A DNA stretch of 32,000 nucleotides from Candidatus Harpocratesius repetitus (GCA_021498095.1 JAIZWK010000001.1:300001-332000), one strand, 5' to 3'; shown: positions 8,741-17,994, numbered from the stretch's first letter. A program made the numbers and translations. Notes: generated from the sequence alone by a model not told the origin.

Positions 8741-9598
8741 CTATCTTTTCTCTTGTAACAATTTTTCTTTTAATTCCTTAACCAATTTCTCTGCATATTC
8801 CGCTCTTTCCTTCTCTTTGTCTGCTCTTTCCTTCTCTTTGTCTGCTCTTTCCTTCTCTTTATCTGCCCTTTCTTTCTCTTTGTCTGCTCTTTCCTTCTCT
8901 ATTTCTTTTTCCATTAAGTATTTTTGGGTCGAATTCGGTTTTAAAAATATAATTTTAAAAATATCTTTATCTTTATCATATTTTTCTTGAATTCTTTCAA
9001 GTGCAACATCAAAAGGTAGATCATTTTCCAGATGATACTTTGCTTTAGAATTAATTAATGCTCCTTTATCATACATTATTTCAGTTATATCAGAAGATTC
9101 GTATTTTCCACTATTATTTAAATGATAAACTCTTAAGAATGGAGGTGGATAGAATTGAGGTGAAACTTCATATGCAAAAAACACAATATAATATTTTATT
9201 CCAAGATTTTCACAAATAACTGCATTTTCAAGTAAATCTTTTCTCCAAGTGCTTTTTGATAAAACATTAATAACAATGTCAGGAACTTTATTGTTATACT
9301 TTTCAGCATGATACGATGATAATTGATTATCAATTTTTAAATTTAGAAAAAATGATATATCAAATTGAATATTTATAGGTTCTCCATTATAGTAGAAATA
9401 ATGATGAAGATCCCACATTACACGATGCTCAGGAAAATTAGTTTTTAAAATATCATGAATATAAGAAATATTTTCTGAATGGGGTTCACTTTCTCGTCTC
9501 CCTAATCTAGGAACAGAGGTTTTAGATTCTTTCTTTTCATTTGAAGCATGTCGTGTGCTGATAAATTTTACTTCTTTTGATATATTATCTTGCATCAA
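8741..9598 (-). CDS. Uma2/DUF820-like PD-(D/E)XK-fold protein with C-terminal heptad-repeat coiled coil
   Basis: PDIVINVLSKSTWRKD...LGIKYYIVF resembles Uma2 PDLVVEVLSPST...GVxEYW; tail (EKERADK)n. Confidence 0.7.
   Translation of the reverse strand: MMQDNISKEVKFISTRHASNEKKESKTSVPRLGRRESEPHSENISYIHDILKTNFPEHRVMWDLHHYFYYNGEPINIQFDISFFLNLKIDNQLSSYHAEKYNNKVPDIVINVLSKSTWRKDLLENAVICENLGIKYYIVFFAYEVSPQFYPPPFLRVYHLNNSGKYESSDITEIMYDKGALINSKAKYHLENDLPFDVALERIQEKYDKDKDIFKIIFLKPNSTQKYLMEKEIEKERADKEKERADKEKERADKEKERADKEKERAEYAEKLVKELKEKLLQEKR
8802..8900. repeat. 21-bp coding tandem repeat, ~4.7 copies (GCTCTTTCCTTCTCTTTGTCT), encoding EKERADK
   Basis: Units start at 8802, 8823, 8844, 8865 and 8886 (last one partial), with only synonymous-type differences. 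Confidence 0.95.
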
Positions 9599-9852
9599 AT
9601 CTCACTATATTCTTTGCATATTTACAATTATTTATACTTAACTACCTTGAAAATTTTTTAATGTATTCATTAAAAGTTGAAGTATTTACAAAAAAATGAA
9701 GCAAAAAACAAAAAATAACAAATTATTTTACTTAAATTCAATTTGAATTAAGCTTATCAAATATACTGCGATATTTTTTACTTCTAAATCGTCCAACTAC
9801 AAAAGTTGATAAGTTTCAAAAAATAAAAATGAAAAAAAATCAATATCTAAAA

Positions 9853-10779
9853 TTATTCAAAACCAAAAGCTTTCAAAGTCTTTATTGGTTTAACTTGATG
9901 GAATTTCAACCCAATCTCAGAAATAGAGGCTCCAAAGGCTAAAGCCATTAATTCAGTTACATATAGAACAGGAATTTTTACATCCATTTTGTAAGCTTTT
10001 TTCATTGCACGTTGTCCAACTTCTAATTGTTGAAAACAAGAAGGACAAATAACTGCAATAATATCTGCTCCTGCTTCTTGAATACTTGAATATTTACGCT
10101 TCAACATACCGTTAGCTGCATCTTCATTTACACGAGCTACAGCAGAACCACAGCACATCAATTCTTCTTGATATTCTAATACAGTAGCGCCTAATGCTTC
10201 TAAGATCTTTTTAGGATAAATTGGTTCCAATCCATCATCAGTATTTACAAGTTCATGTGGTCTGGAATAATGACATCCTGGATGAACAGCAATTTTTATT
10301 CCTGTTAGAGGTTTTACAACTAACTCTTTTATAGGATCAATTCCAACTTGTTCATATAAAACTTCAATAAAATGATTGACTTCACTCGTTCCATTAAATT
10401 CTCGACCTATTTCCTTTAACCGTGATTGAATGATACTTTTTTCTTCAGGATTTTCAAGTAATTCATGTCGAACTGCCTTTAATGTCTCAGAACAACCATT
10501 ACAGAAACTAACAATTGGTCGATTATCTTGTTCAGCTAAAGATAAATTTCGTGCCCCCAAAGTTAACCATGTTTCATGATTGGTACTTTGAACACCTACG
10601 GGATCAGGACAGCATCCAAATTCATTATTGTCATATAATTTAATTCCTAATTTTTCAAATACAAATCGAGCACTTTTTTCAATAAAAGGAATCCGATTTT
10701 GAATTGTACAACCCACAAATATATCAAATTGAAGGGATTGAGTTGTTTGTTCAGTAGATTTGTTTGATTCTGATTCCAT
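9853..10779 (-). CDS. hdrB: Heterodisulfide reductase subunit B (CCG-domain protein)
   Basis: Two CCG domains: FVGC...GCCPDP...CNGC and HPGCH...CCG...CPSC; overlaps the hdrC stop (TAATG coupling). Confidence 0.92.
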   Translation of the reverse strand: MESESNKSTEQTTQSLQFDIFVGCTIQNRIPFIEKSARFVFEKLGIKLYDNNEFGCCPDPVGVQSTNHETWLTLGARNLSLAEQDNRPIVSFCNGCSETLKAVRHELLENPEEKSIIQSRLKEIGREFNGTSEVNHFIEVLYEQVGIDPIKELVVKPLTGIKIAVHPGCHYSRPHELVNTDDGLEPIYPKKILEALGATVLEYQEELMCCGSAVARVNEDAANGMLKRKYSSIQEAGADIIAVICPSCFQQLEVGQRAMKKAYKMDVKIPVLYVTELMALAFGASISEIGLKFHQVKPIKTLKAFGFE

Positions 10780-11324
10780 TATGAAGAACCCTCCGAAAGA
10801 TCAGATTTCGTATTTGCATGTTCTAAAATAAGTTTTACAGGAGTAAGATCCATTAGATGTTGGATTTCACTTATAGATACTTCAGGTGAAGGCGGTAATC
10901 CCAATTGTGCCCGACGTTTAGCAATAACTGGTTGTAAAGGAACAGCTTTGCCATGAAGATAAACTTGATTTGTTTCACTAGTATAGGACTCAGGAATATT
11001 TCCAAAATCTGCTGCTGCATTTTTTACACTGATAAAAATCTCATGTAAATTTACATGTTGTGGACATACTTCTTGACAGACTTCACACATACTACATTCC
11101 CAAGTATTAGGCGATAGATCTTCAATTAATCTTTCTTCAAATCCACAATTAGCAAGTTGAATAATGCTACGGGGGTTAAATTTTCCACCTGTTTCAAGAG
11201 CTACTGGGCAACTAGTAGAACAAGTGCTACAATTATAACAAACCCGAAGTGAAACCCCAAGTTCAGAATCTGTAAATTCATCCCGAAGACATGCAGCGGG
11301 GTTATCTAACTCATGTTTTTCCAT
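10779..11324 (-). CDS. hdrC: Heterodisulfide reductase subunit C (2x[4Fe-4S])
   Basis: CYNCSTCSTSCP and CSMCEVCQEVCP motifs; directly upstream of hdrB. Confidence 0.9.
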   Translation of the reverse strand: MEKHELDNPAACLRDEFTDSELGVSLRVCYNCSTCSTSCPVALETGGKFNPRSIIQLANCGFEERLIEDLSPNTWECSMCEVCQEVCPQHVNLHEIFISVKNAAADFGNIPESYTSETNQVYLHGKAVPLQPVIAKRRAQLGLPPSPEVSISEIQHLMDLTPVKLILEHANTKSDLSEGSS

Positions 11325-11420
11325 CGTAATGATCTATAATGAAGCAAAAAAAATAAAATGATCTAAAAAAGGAACAAAGAAAAAATAGATGATCCAAAAA
11401 AAAAGATGTAAGAAGGAATT

Positions 11421-12041
11421 TTATTTCTCGTTTTCTTTCCCAATCATAGTTTGAGCGACTTCTTCAAAAAGATTTTCGATTCCAACTCCATTTTTAGCAC
11501 TAGTTTCGAAATATTTAGAAATACTAAATTCTTCTCGAAAATCTTCTATAAAACTATCAGGAATTTTAGAATATCCATTTCCAATTAAGTCACTTTTTGT
11601 TCCAACCAAAAAGAATTTTACATCTGGGTTCCCCCAAATACCACCTTCCTTTAAAATCTCAATCCAATTGTGTAATCTTTGTAATGAATTTAATCTTACC
11701 AAATCAAATACAAGAATAACACCTTCAGCACCTTTAGTATATTCTTTCACAATAAATCGGAAACGATCTTGACCAGCAAAATCCCATAGAAGCATGGTTA
11801 AGCGATTTTCGTATTCTTCATCAACAGTTCTGATCTTCTTAATAAAAAAATCACTACCAATAGTCATTTTCGTTGAATCTATAAAAATATTATTTATATA
11901 TCGATAAAGTAGTGTAGTTTTACCAACACCACCTTCACCAAGAATTAAGATCTTCTTTTTAATATGACGAACAAGCTTTCCATTTGAATATAAATCAAGA
12001 TCTTCTTTTTCTTCATCTTTTTTCTGTAGCAATTCAGACAT
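11421..12041 (-). CDS. Rab-like small GTPase (Ras superfamily) without C-terminal prenylation motif
   Basis: G1 GEGGVGKT, G2 TIGSDF, G3 WDFAGQDRFR, G4 GTKSD, G5 ETSAK; ends MIGKENEK with no Cys. ATG at 12041 preferred over TTG at 12056. Confidence 0.93.
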   Translation of the reverse strand: MSELLQKKDEEKEDLDLYSNGKLVRHIKKKILILGEGGVGKTTLLYRYINNIFIDSTKMTIGSDFFIKKIRTVDEEYENRLTMLLWDFAGQDRFRFIVKEYTKGAEGVILVFDLVRLNSLQRLHNWIEILKEGGIWGNPDVKFFLVGTKSDLIGNGYSKIPDSFIEDFREEFSISKYFETSAKNGVGIENLFEEVAQTMIGKENEK

Positions 12042-12206
12042 TTTGATCGTGATCAATTAGATCAACCTAGTAAATAAGTAGTTGCTATTAAAAAGAACAC
12101 AAAAAAAAACGCAAAATAGTATTGGAATAATTATAATAAATAAATAATCAAAAGAAAGTATGATATATAATTATTTATAAAAAAGAAATTAAAAAGATCG
12201 AAATTT

Positions 12207-13631
12207 TTAAGAATCATCCAATTTACCTTGTAAAAATTTATGGATCCCCTTAGCAGCTTCTTTTCCTGCTCCCATAGCGGAAATTACTGTAGCACTTCCA
12301 GTTACAATATCACCACCCGCAAAAACATTTGGAATAGAAGATTGCATGTGTTTATTCACTTCAATATATCCCCATTTATTTAATTTAAGGTTAGGGATAT
12401 TTTGTGTAAGTAATGGATTAGCACGGGTTCCGATTGCCATAATAACAAGATCCACCGATATGGTATATTCACTTCCTGGAATAGGAATAGGTCTGCGCCT
12501 GCCAGAAGCATCAGGTTCACCCAATTCCATCTTGATAACTTCCATTTCCTTTACGAAACCCTTTTCATCTCCAATAATCTTGGTAGGATTGCGTAAAAAG
12601 TGAAATTCAATACCTTCTTCAACAGCATGTTCGTATTCTTCGCGCCGTGCAGGAATTTCTTTTTCGCTTCGACGATATACAACAATTACCTTCTCGGCAC
12701 CAAGTCGTAAAGCAGTGCGCGCAGAATCCATGGCAACATTTCCACCACCGAGAACAGCAATTACTTTACCAGAATCCACCATAGTATCATATGAAGGATC
12801 ATACGCTTTCATTAGATTCACGCGGGTGAGATATTCATTCGCAGATAATACACCATTAAGCTCAATACCTGGGATATTTAAAAAGATAGGTAATCCGGCT
12901 CCAACTCCAATAAAGAATGCTTTATATCCTTGTTCCTCCAAATCCTCTAATGTATAAAGTTTTCCCACAACTGCATCTAACTTTATTTTTACTCCACATT
13001 CACGCAGATTGTCGATTTCTTTTTGTACAATTTTTTTTGGTAGTCGAAATTCGGGAATTCCGTATACTAAAACTCCACCTGTTTTATGAAAAGCTTCAAA
13101 AATAGTAACATCATAATCTAATTTTGCCAATTCGCCGGCACAAGTGAGTCCAGCAGGCCCTGCACCAATTACTGCAACTTTAGTTTTTCCACTTAAATCA
13201 ACACATGTACCTTCATCAAACTCTCCAATGTCTTTTACTCGTTGTTCCCAATCTGCAACAAATCTCTCTAATCTTCCAATTGCTACTGGTCTTGATCCAG
13301 TTATTTTTCCGAGAGTACACTTTGCTTCACATTGAGTTTCTTGAGGACAAACGCGCCCACAAATTGCGGGAAGGACATTTTTTTCTTTTATTTTATCAAT
13401 TGCACCTTCGAAATCATGAGCAGCTACTTTTGCAATGAATTCAGGTATGGGAACTTCAACAGGACAACCTTTCACACATGGTCGGGTTTTACATTGAATG
13501 CAACGATTAGCTTCTTTAATGGCCATTTCTTCTGTATATCCCAAAGCAACTTCGCTAAAATTATGCGCTCTCTCATGAGGATCTTGCTGCGGCATTGGGG
13601 TACGTGTTTTTATAATCTGATATTTTCTCAT
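12207..13631 (-). CDS. nfnB: NfnB/SudA-type (GltD-like) large subunit of NADH-dependent reduced ferredoxin:NADP+ oxidoreductase
   Basis: RCIQC...GCP and GRVCPQETQCE Fe-S motifs; GAGPAGL (FAD) and GGGNVAMD (NADP) motifs; GGAGG ribosome site before ATG 13631; paired with nfnA. Confidence 0.88.
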   Translation of the reverse strand: MRKYQIIKTRTPMPQQDPHERAHNFSEVALGYTEEMAIKEANRCIQCKTRPCVKGCPVEVPIPEFIAKVAAHDFEGAIDKIKEKNVLPAICGRVCPQETQCEAKCTLGKITGSRPVAIGRLERFVADWEQRVKDIGEFDEGTCVDLSGKTKVAVIGAGPAGLTCAGELAKLDYDVTIFEAFHKTGGVLVYGIPEFRLPKKIVQKEIDNLRECGVKIKLDAVVGKLYTLEDLEEQGYKAFFIGVGAGLPIFLNIPGIELNGVLSANEYLTRVNLMKAYDPSYDTMVDSGKVIAVLGGGNVAMDSARTALRLGAEKVIVVYRRSEKEIPARREEYEHAVEEGIEFHFLRNPTKIIGDEKGFVKEMEVIKMELGEPDASGRRRPIPIPGSEYTISVDLVIMAIGTRANPLLTQNIPNLKLNKWGYIEVNKHMQSSIPNVFAGGDIVTGSATVISAMGAGKEAAKGIHKFLQGKLDDS

Positions 13632-13705
13632 TGATTTTCCTCCATTCTTTCTATTAGTATTTCCTTTGTTCATTTAATTATGTTATAATTTAAAAATATC
13701 CTTCC

Positions 13706-14602
13706 TTATTCTTTACATTCTCCCTCAGCTTTATCAGCCATTGCCAATAATTTACATTCATGCTCGAATTTTTCTAAACGTTCATGCTCCTCACGTTGAA
13801 ATCGACTGTTACGGGCAATAAGATTGTCAAAATTGACATTATGACCATCAACATCAGGACCATCCACACAGGCAAATTTGGCTTGTCCATCCAATGTTAA
13901 AAATCGGCACCCTCCACACATACCTGTTCCATCTACCATTATAGGATTAAGTGAAACAGTAGTTGGTATTTTTGGCAGATCTCCTTGACCATTAGTCAGT
14001 TTAGCTACAAATTTCATCATAATAATTGGACCTATGGCAATTACATGCGAAAGTGGTTTATTTTCCATTAGTTCTTTTAATCGATCTGTAACAAAACCCT
14101 TTTTTCCGTAAGATCCGTCATCTGTGGTAACAATCACTTCATCAACAATTTGACGGAATTTATCTTCCCAGAAAAGCAGATCTTTTGTTCTGGCACCTAA
14201 AATAACAATTACATGGTTTCCTATCGCTTTTAGTTCTTTTGCTTGCGGAAAAATAGGGGCAATACCAACACCACCACCAACTAGGACAACTGGATGCTCA
14301 TATTTTTCAATATGCGCTGACTTGCCCAATGGACCAACGAAATCAAGAATTTCTTCCCCAGGTTCCATTAATGATAATTCAGTAGTACTTTTTCCTATCT
14401 TCATTACTACAATGGTGATTGTGCCTTTTTCAACATCATAATCAGCAACAGTTAATGGAAAGCGTTCACCTTGTTCTGTTAGCCGTAGTATTACAAAATT
14501 CCCCCCGTGGGCCTTTTTTGCCATATCGGGAGCCTCAACGACCATTTCAAACACAGATTGCTCATTATTTAAAAATTTTTTTGAAAGAATTTTCCAACCC
14601 AT
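13706..14602 (-). CDS. nfnA: NfnA/SudB-type small subunit (FAD, [2Fe-2S])
   Basis: RFPLT, GPLG, GGGVGIAP, DGTGMCGGCR...CVDGP motifs. Confidence 0.9.
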   Translation of the reverse strand: MGWKILSKKFLNNEQSVFEMVVEAPDMAKKAHGGNFVILRLTEQGERFPLTVADYDVEKGTITIVVMKIGKSTTELSLMEPGEEILDFVGPLGKSAHIEKYEHPVVLVGGGVGIAPIFPQAKELKAIGNHVIVILGARTKDLLFWEDKFRQIVDEVIVTTDDGSYGKKGFVTDRLKELMENKPLSHVIAIGPIIMMKFVAKLTNGQGDLPKIPTTVSLNPIMVDGTGMCGGCRFLTLDGQAKFACVDGPDVDGHNVNFDNLIARNSRFQREEHERLEKFEHECKLLAMADKAEGECKE

Positions 14603-14629
14603 AGTATATCACTATAGAGAAATCAAAAA

Positions 14630-14655
14630 CGGTTGACATTTAAATTTTTCAACCG
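14630..14655. promoter_or_regulatory. Inverted repeat CGGTTGA-N12-TCAACCG bracketing a TTTAAA TATA-like box upstream of nfnA
   Basis: Perfect 7-bp GC-containing arms in an AT-rich spacer, 28-53 bp upstream of the ATG at 14602. Confidence 0.55.
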
Positions 14656-14787
14656 AAAATGTGGAAAATCAAAAAAATGGGTGCATATACCCACAAATAA
14701 TCAAATTATGAAGTTGAAGTGCTTTTTTTTTGCACAATGATGCATAACTTTGAAAGAATACAAAGAATACAAACAAAAAAATGATTA

Positions 14788-15609
14788 TCAAATTTCGTGT
14801 TTCTTTTTAGTTTTATCAAGATTCTTCTTTATTATAAAGAAAGTTATGCTGAATATCATAATAATTCCAAAAACAATCAAAATAATGGAACTAAATTGAA
14901 TTCTATTAATGGCACCAATATCAATATTTGAATCAACTATCTGCAAATAACCATGAAATTCAGAAGCATTAAGAAGATATAAGAAAAATAGATCTTCTTC
15001 ATTGAACGAACACCAGTTAACAAGAACATTATTTAACTTGCTATAATGATAAACTGTGTATGTTTCGTTATCTACTAAAATCGAATTAGCAGGAACTTTG
15101 CCAAGAGGCGTGTTTATTTCATCATCATCTGCATTCAGCGAAAAAGGATATCCTACAGTTGTATTATTATTGAATCGATCAATTATTATTTCTTTTTGGT
15201 TCCCATCAAATTCGTCCCTTAAAAAAATCGGCAGCTTTCCAATATACGAATAATCTTGTAAGTTATATATCTCAGCTGTGTTTGGATCAAAATAGTATTC
15301 TTTTTTTATCTCAAAATTGCTGTTGTTATTACTTGATATAGTTGTTTGAATTTTTAATTCAATAGAAATCACTCCTTTCTCCTCGAGTGAAGGAAAAGAG
15401 AAAGAAAGTTCTAAATTGTGGCTTAAATCATCAAAATGATACTGTTGTTCTTCCTCAATATCCAAATTAAATGAAACATCTGAATATTTTATGTAGTAAT
15501 TTTCATCTTGCTTGATTGGAGAGACATAAAGAAATAGAAAATTTTGGAATAAGAATAGTGGAATTATAACAAAAACCATAATTTTAATGAGATATTTGCA
15601 AACTTTCAT
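14788..15609 (-). CDS. Hypothetical membrane-anchored/secreted protein
   Basis: 273 aa; N-terminal hydrophobic helix, soluble beta-rich body, C-terminal TM followed by a basic tail. Confidence 0.8.
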   Translation of the reverse strand: MKVCKYLIKIMVFVIIPLFLFQNFLFLYVSPIKQDENYYIKYSDVSFNLDIEEEQQYHFDDLSHNLELSFSFPSLEEKGVISIELKIQTTISSNNNSNFEIKKEYYFDPNTAEIYNLQDYSYIGKLPIFLRDEFDGNQKEIIIDRFNNNTTVGYPFSLNADDDEINTPLGKVPANSILVDNETYTVYHYSKLNNVLVNWCSFNEEDLFFLYLLNASEFHGYLQIVDSNIDIGAINRIQFSSIILIVFGIIMIFSITFFIIKKNLDKTKKKHEI

Positions 15610-15818
15610 TTTTTGTCACGATTCGTCAAATTTGGTAAATATGTGATTATAATTACTATTATTCTTGATATTATCATTTATATACATTACTATATCTTAA
15701 AAATATGAAAATATCGAATAAAATTGAGTAAAAATGAACAAAATTTAACTAAATGGAATAAAATGAAAAAAGCAATTTAAATTAGGAAAAGGGAGAAAAA
15801 AAATTCTGTTAAAACATT

Positions 15819-16921
15819 TTATTCTACTAAAGTTTTTAGTTCTTCTTTTGGAATATTGCTGATTCTAAATTCTGTATCATCCATTAAATCAATCTCATTA
15901 GTATTCAATTCCTCATTTCCAGTATTCTCATCATAATGCATCATTTTGGTAAATTTAATTAGTAAAAAATATACAACTAACGAAATCGAGGGAGATATCA
16001 AGAAAAGCCATATTACAGGAACCATTTCACCAATCATTCCCAAAATTATTAAACCAACTGGATTCATAGCTTTAATGAGGGTGAACATAGTGGCGAATAC
16101 TCTTCCCTGCAAATCTTTTGGAATAGTTGTTTGGAGAACAGATATTAGTTGAGTATCGATATATGCTAGATTAATACCCATCAAAAAACAGATAATAAAG
16201 AACAACCAAAACCACCCGCGAGGAACAAGAGACAATCCTAGAAGCACCACAGAAAGCATCATTCCTGAAATAATCACCGACTTCATTGAGCCTTGCCGTT
16301 TCGATGCCATTAATAGAATAGATCCAAGGATTAATCCCGCTTGAAATAATATTTCCACCCAACTATATTCAGAAGCACCTCCATTATGATATTCCAAGAA
16401 ATTTGTTCAATAGAAAAACTTGCAATCGCGACAGCTCCGATGGCAGGACTTGCGATATTCATCAAAGATGTAAAAATTTGATTCAATGAATTCATAGATT
16501 TAATTTTTTCTTTTGGAACCATTAAGGATGTAATTGAGACAGCAACAGGAAATTGAAATCCTTGACATGTTCCACGGACAGCTAATAGAGCGATTATGTG
16601 CCACAATTGGGCAAGATTTAAATAAAACAAGATGATGAGAACAAATGTTCCCAAAGCCTGAATAAAATCTGCGAGAATCAGCACTATATTTTTATTAACA
16701 CGATCAGAAATCACTCCTGCAAATGGTCCAACTATAATCATTGGAACTATCGAAGCAATAGAAGCAAGGGAGAGAATGAACGAAGACTCTGTTTGAAGTG
16801 TTAAATACCATATAACAGCAAATGATACAATGTTTGAGCCGATCAATGAAATTATTTGGGAAATCCAAATCCATATATATCCATGAAATGATTTCTTAGA
16901 GATTTTATCATAATTTATCAT
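15819..16921 (-). pseudogene. Disrupted MFS transporter (DHA3/MefA-like), split by an internal deletion plus frameshift near 16400
   Basis: ORF 16331-16921 carries TM1-5 (WISQIISLIGS, GPFAGVISDR); ORF 15819-16397 in another frame carries TM8-12 (DLQGRVF). TM6-7 are not present at the junction. Confidence 0.75.
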
Positions 16922-17108
16922 AATTAATCACTATTATTTGAATAGAAAAAGTGTGCAAATATATATAAACGATGTGTAATCCAATTCTTTTTTCTTCCGT
17001 TTCTTAATGAAAATCATAGATTGAAAGGTTAGTTGATGTTTTAAGTGTGTAAGTAAGGTATGTATATATGAAGCAAAAGTTTTTTTATCTTCGAATTAAA
17101 AATTTCTC

Positions 17109-17144
17109 AAAAGAAAGAAATAAGTTTTGAAAAGAAAGAAATAA
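17109..17144. repeat. Direct repeat AAAAGAAAGAAATAA x2 (21-bp period); U-rich terminator-like on the minus strand
   Basis: Copies at 17109-17123 and 17130-17144, followed by a TATA-like TTTTAAATA at 17145-17153. Confidence 0.6.
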
Positions 17145-17174
17145 TTTTAAATAACTTAATAAGAATATCTAGTA

Positions 17175-17311
17175 GTGAACAGCTCACTATGAGGTAAAGA
17201 AATTTACCAGCTGATCTGGATTTTAAACACCTTTGCTTAATGGCAACGGTGAATGAATCATAAATTCAGGTGAACAGCTCGCCTTTAAGGCAGACATCTG
17301 CCAGCTGATCT
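17175..17311. ncRNA. Candidate structured ncRNA or cis-element with two covarying ~43-nt units and two intervening hairpins
   Basis: Units GTGAACAGCTC...AGCTGATCT at 17175-17217 and 17270-17311; inner stems GGTAAA/TTTACC versus GGCAGA/TCTGCC show two compensatory pair changes. Strand unresolved. Confidence 0.6.
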
Positions 17312-17391
17312 TATTCTTTTTTTATTTCTTCTTTCACAAAAACAATTACAGAGCATTATGATTCAATTTTATATCAATTTGAATTCAACAA

Positions 17392-17994
17392 TTAATTTTT
17401 AGGAATAAAACACTTCCGCAAGAGCGATTTTGAAACTTCACGATAAGAATTACAGATAACAACAAGATCCCATGATTTAAGTTTTTCAAAATATAATAAT
17501 TCAACTATCTTTCCAAGTGAAATTAATCGCTTAACAAGTGGAATAAAATCACCATCACTACTAACCAAAATCCCCACATCATAAACATCTTCATAAGCAT
17601 CACTTAACATATCTACTGCAATTGAAATATCATCACCTTTTATTGTGCCCTTTGATCTCTGAATGACAGCGTTTGAATTTTCAATTCGATATTTAGTTTT
17701 GCAAAGAATTACATTTATTTTTTCTTTTTTTAAGCGAGCAAAGAATTTTTGTTGTTCTTGATAAATAGTAGCATTTCTTTGTTGCTTAAAGGGTGTTGAA
17801 TAGTAATTAATTCCTATAAGTTGTCGATTCTTTGTAGTTATCTTTCTCCCCATTTTTGCAAAATCAAACTGAAATTCTCTAAATTTTTTACCCATACTTT
17901 TCAAACCGTGATAAAAATTAGGCTCATCAATGTAGATTTTGACTCGAGGTCTATTTAAATGGACATTTTCACCCAATTCATTTTGCTTTTGCAT
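17392..17994 (-). CDS. NYN domain (LabA/DUF88, PIN-like fold) putative RNase
   Basis: IYIDEPNF, KGDDISIAVDML and LVSSDGDFIPLV...GKIVE acidic motifs. Confidence 0.9.
   Translation of the reverse strand: MQKQNELGENVHLNRPRVKIYIDEPNFYHGLKSMGKKFREFQFDFAKMGRKITTKNRQLIGINYYSTPFKQQRNATIYQEQQKFFARLKKEKINVILCKTKYRIENSNAVIQRSKGTIKGDDISIAVDMLSDAYEDVYDVGILVSSDGDFIPLVKRLISLGKIVELLYFEKLKSWDLVVICNSYREVSKSLLRKCFIPKN

Noticed and set aside
8700-8990. Plus-strand ORF with LSFSLSA repeats
   Set aside because: Antisense shadow of the EKERADK repeat in the Uma2-like gene.
9853-11324. hdrBC as evidence for methanogenesis
   Set aside because: HdrBC-like genes are widespread in non-methanogens; no mcr, mtr or hdrA in the window.
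12346-14604. Plus-strand ORFs inside nfnA/nfnB
   Set aside because: All antisense to strongly supported conserved genes, with no motifs of their own.
17175-17311. CRISPR mini-array interpretation of the two repeats
   Set aside because: Only two units, whose interiors differ while keeping base pairing; the 52-nt spacer is itself structured; no cas genes in the window.
17175-17311. SECIS or box C/D interpretation (GUGA/GAA...CUGA elements)
   Set aside because: No adjacent gene has an in-frame UGA; the GA/GA register does not continue into the SECIS helix II; there is no RUGAUGA C box.
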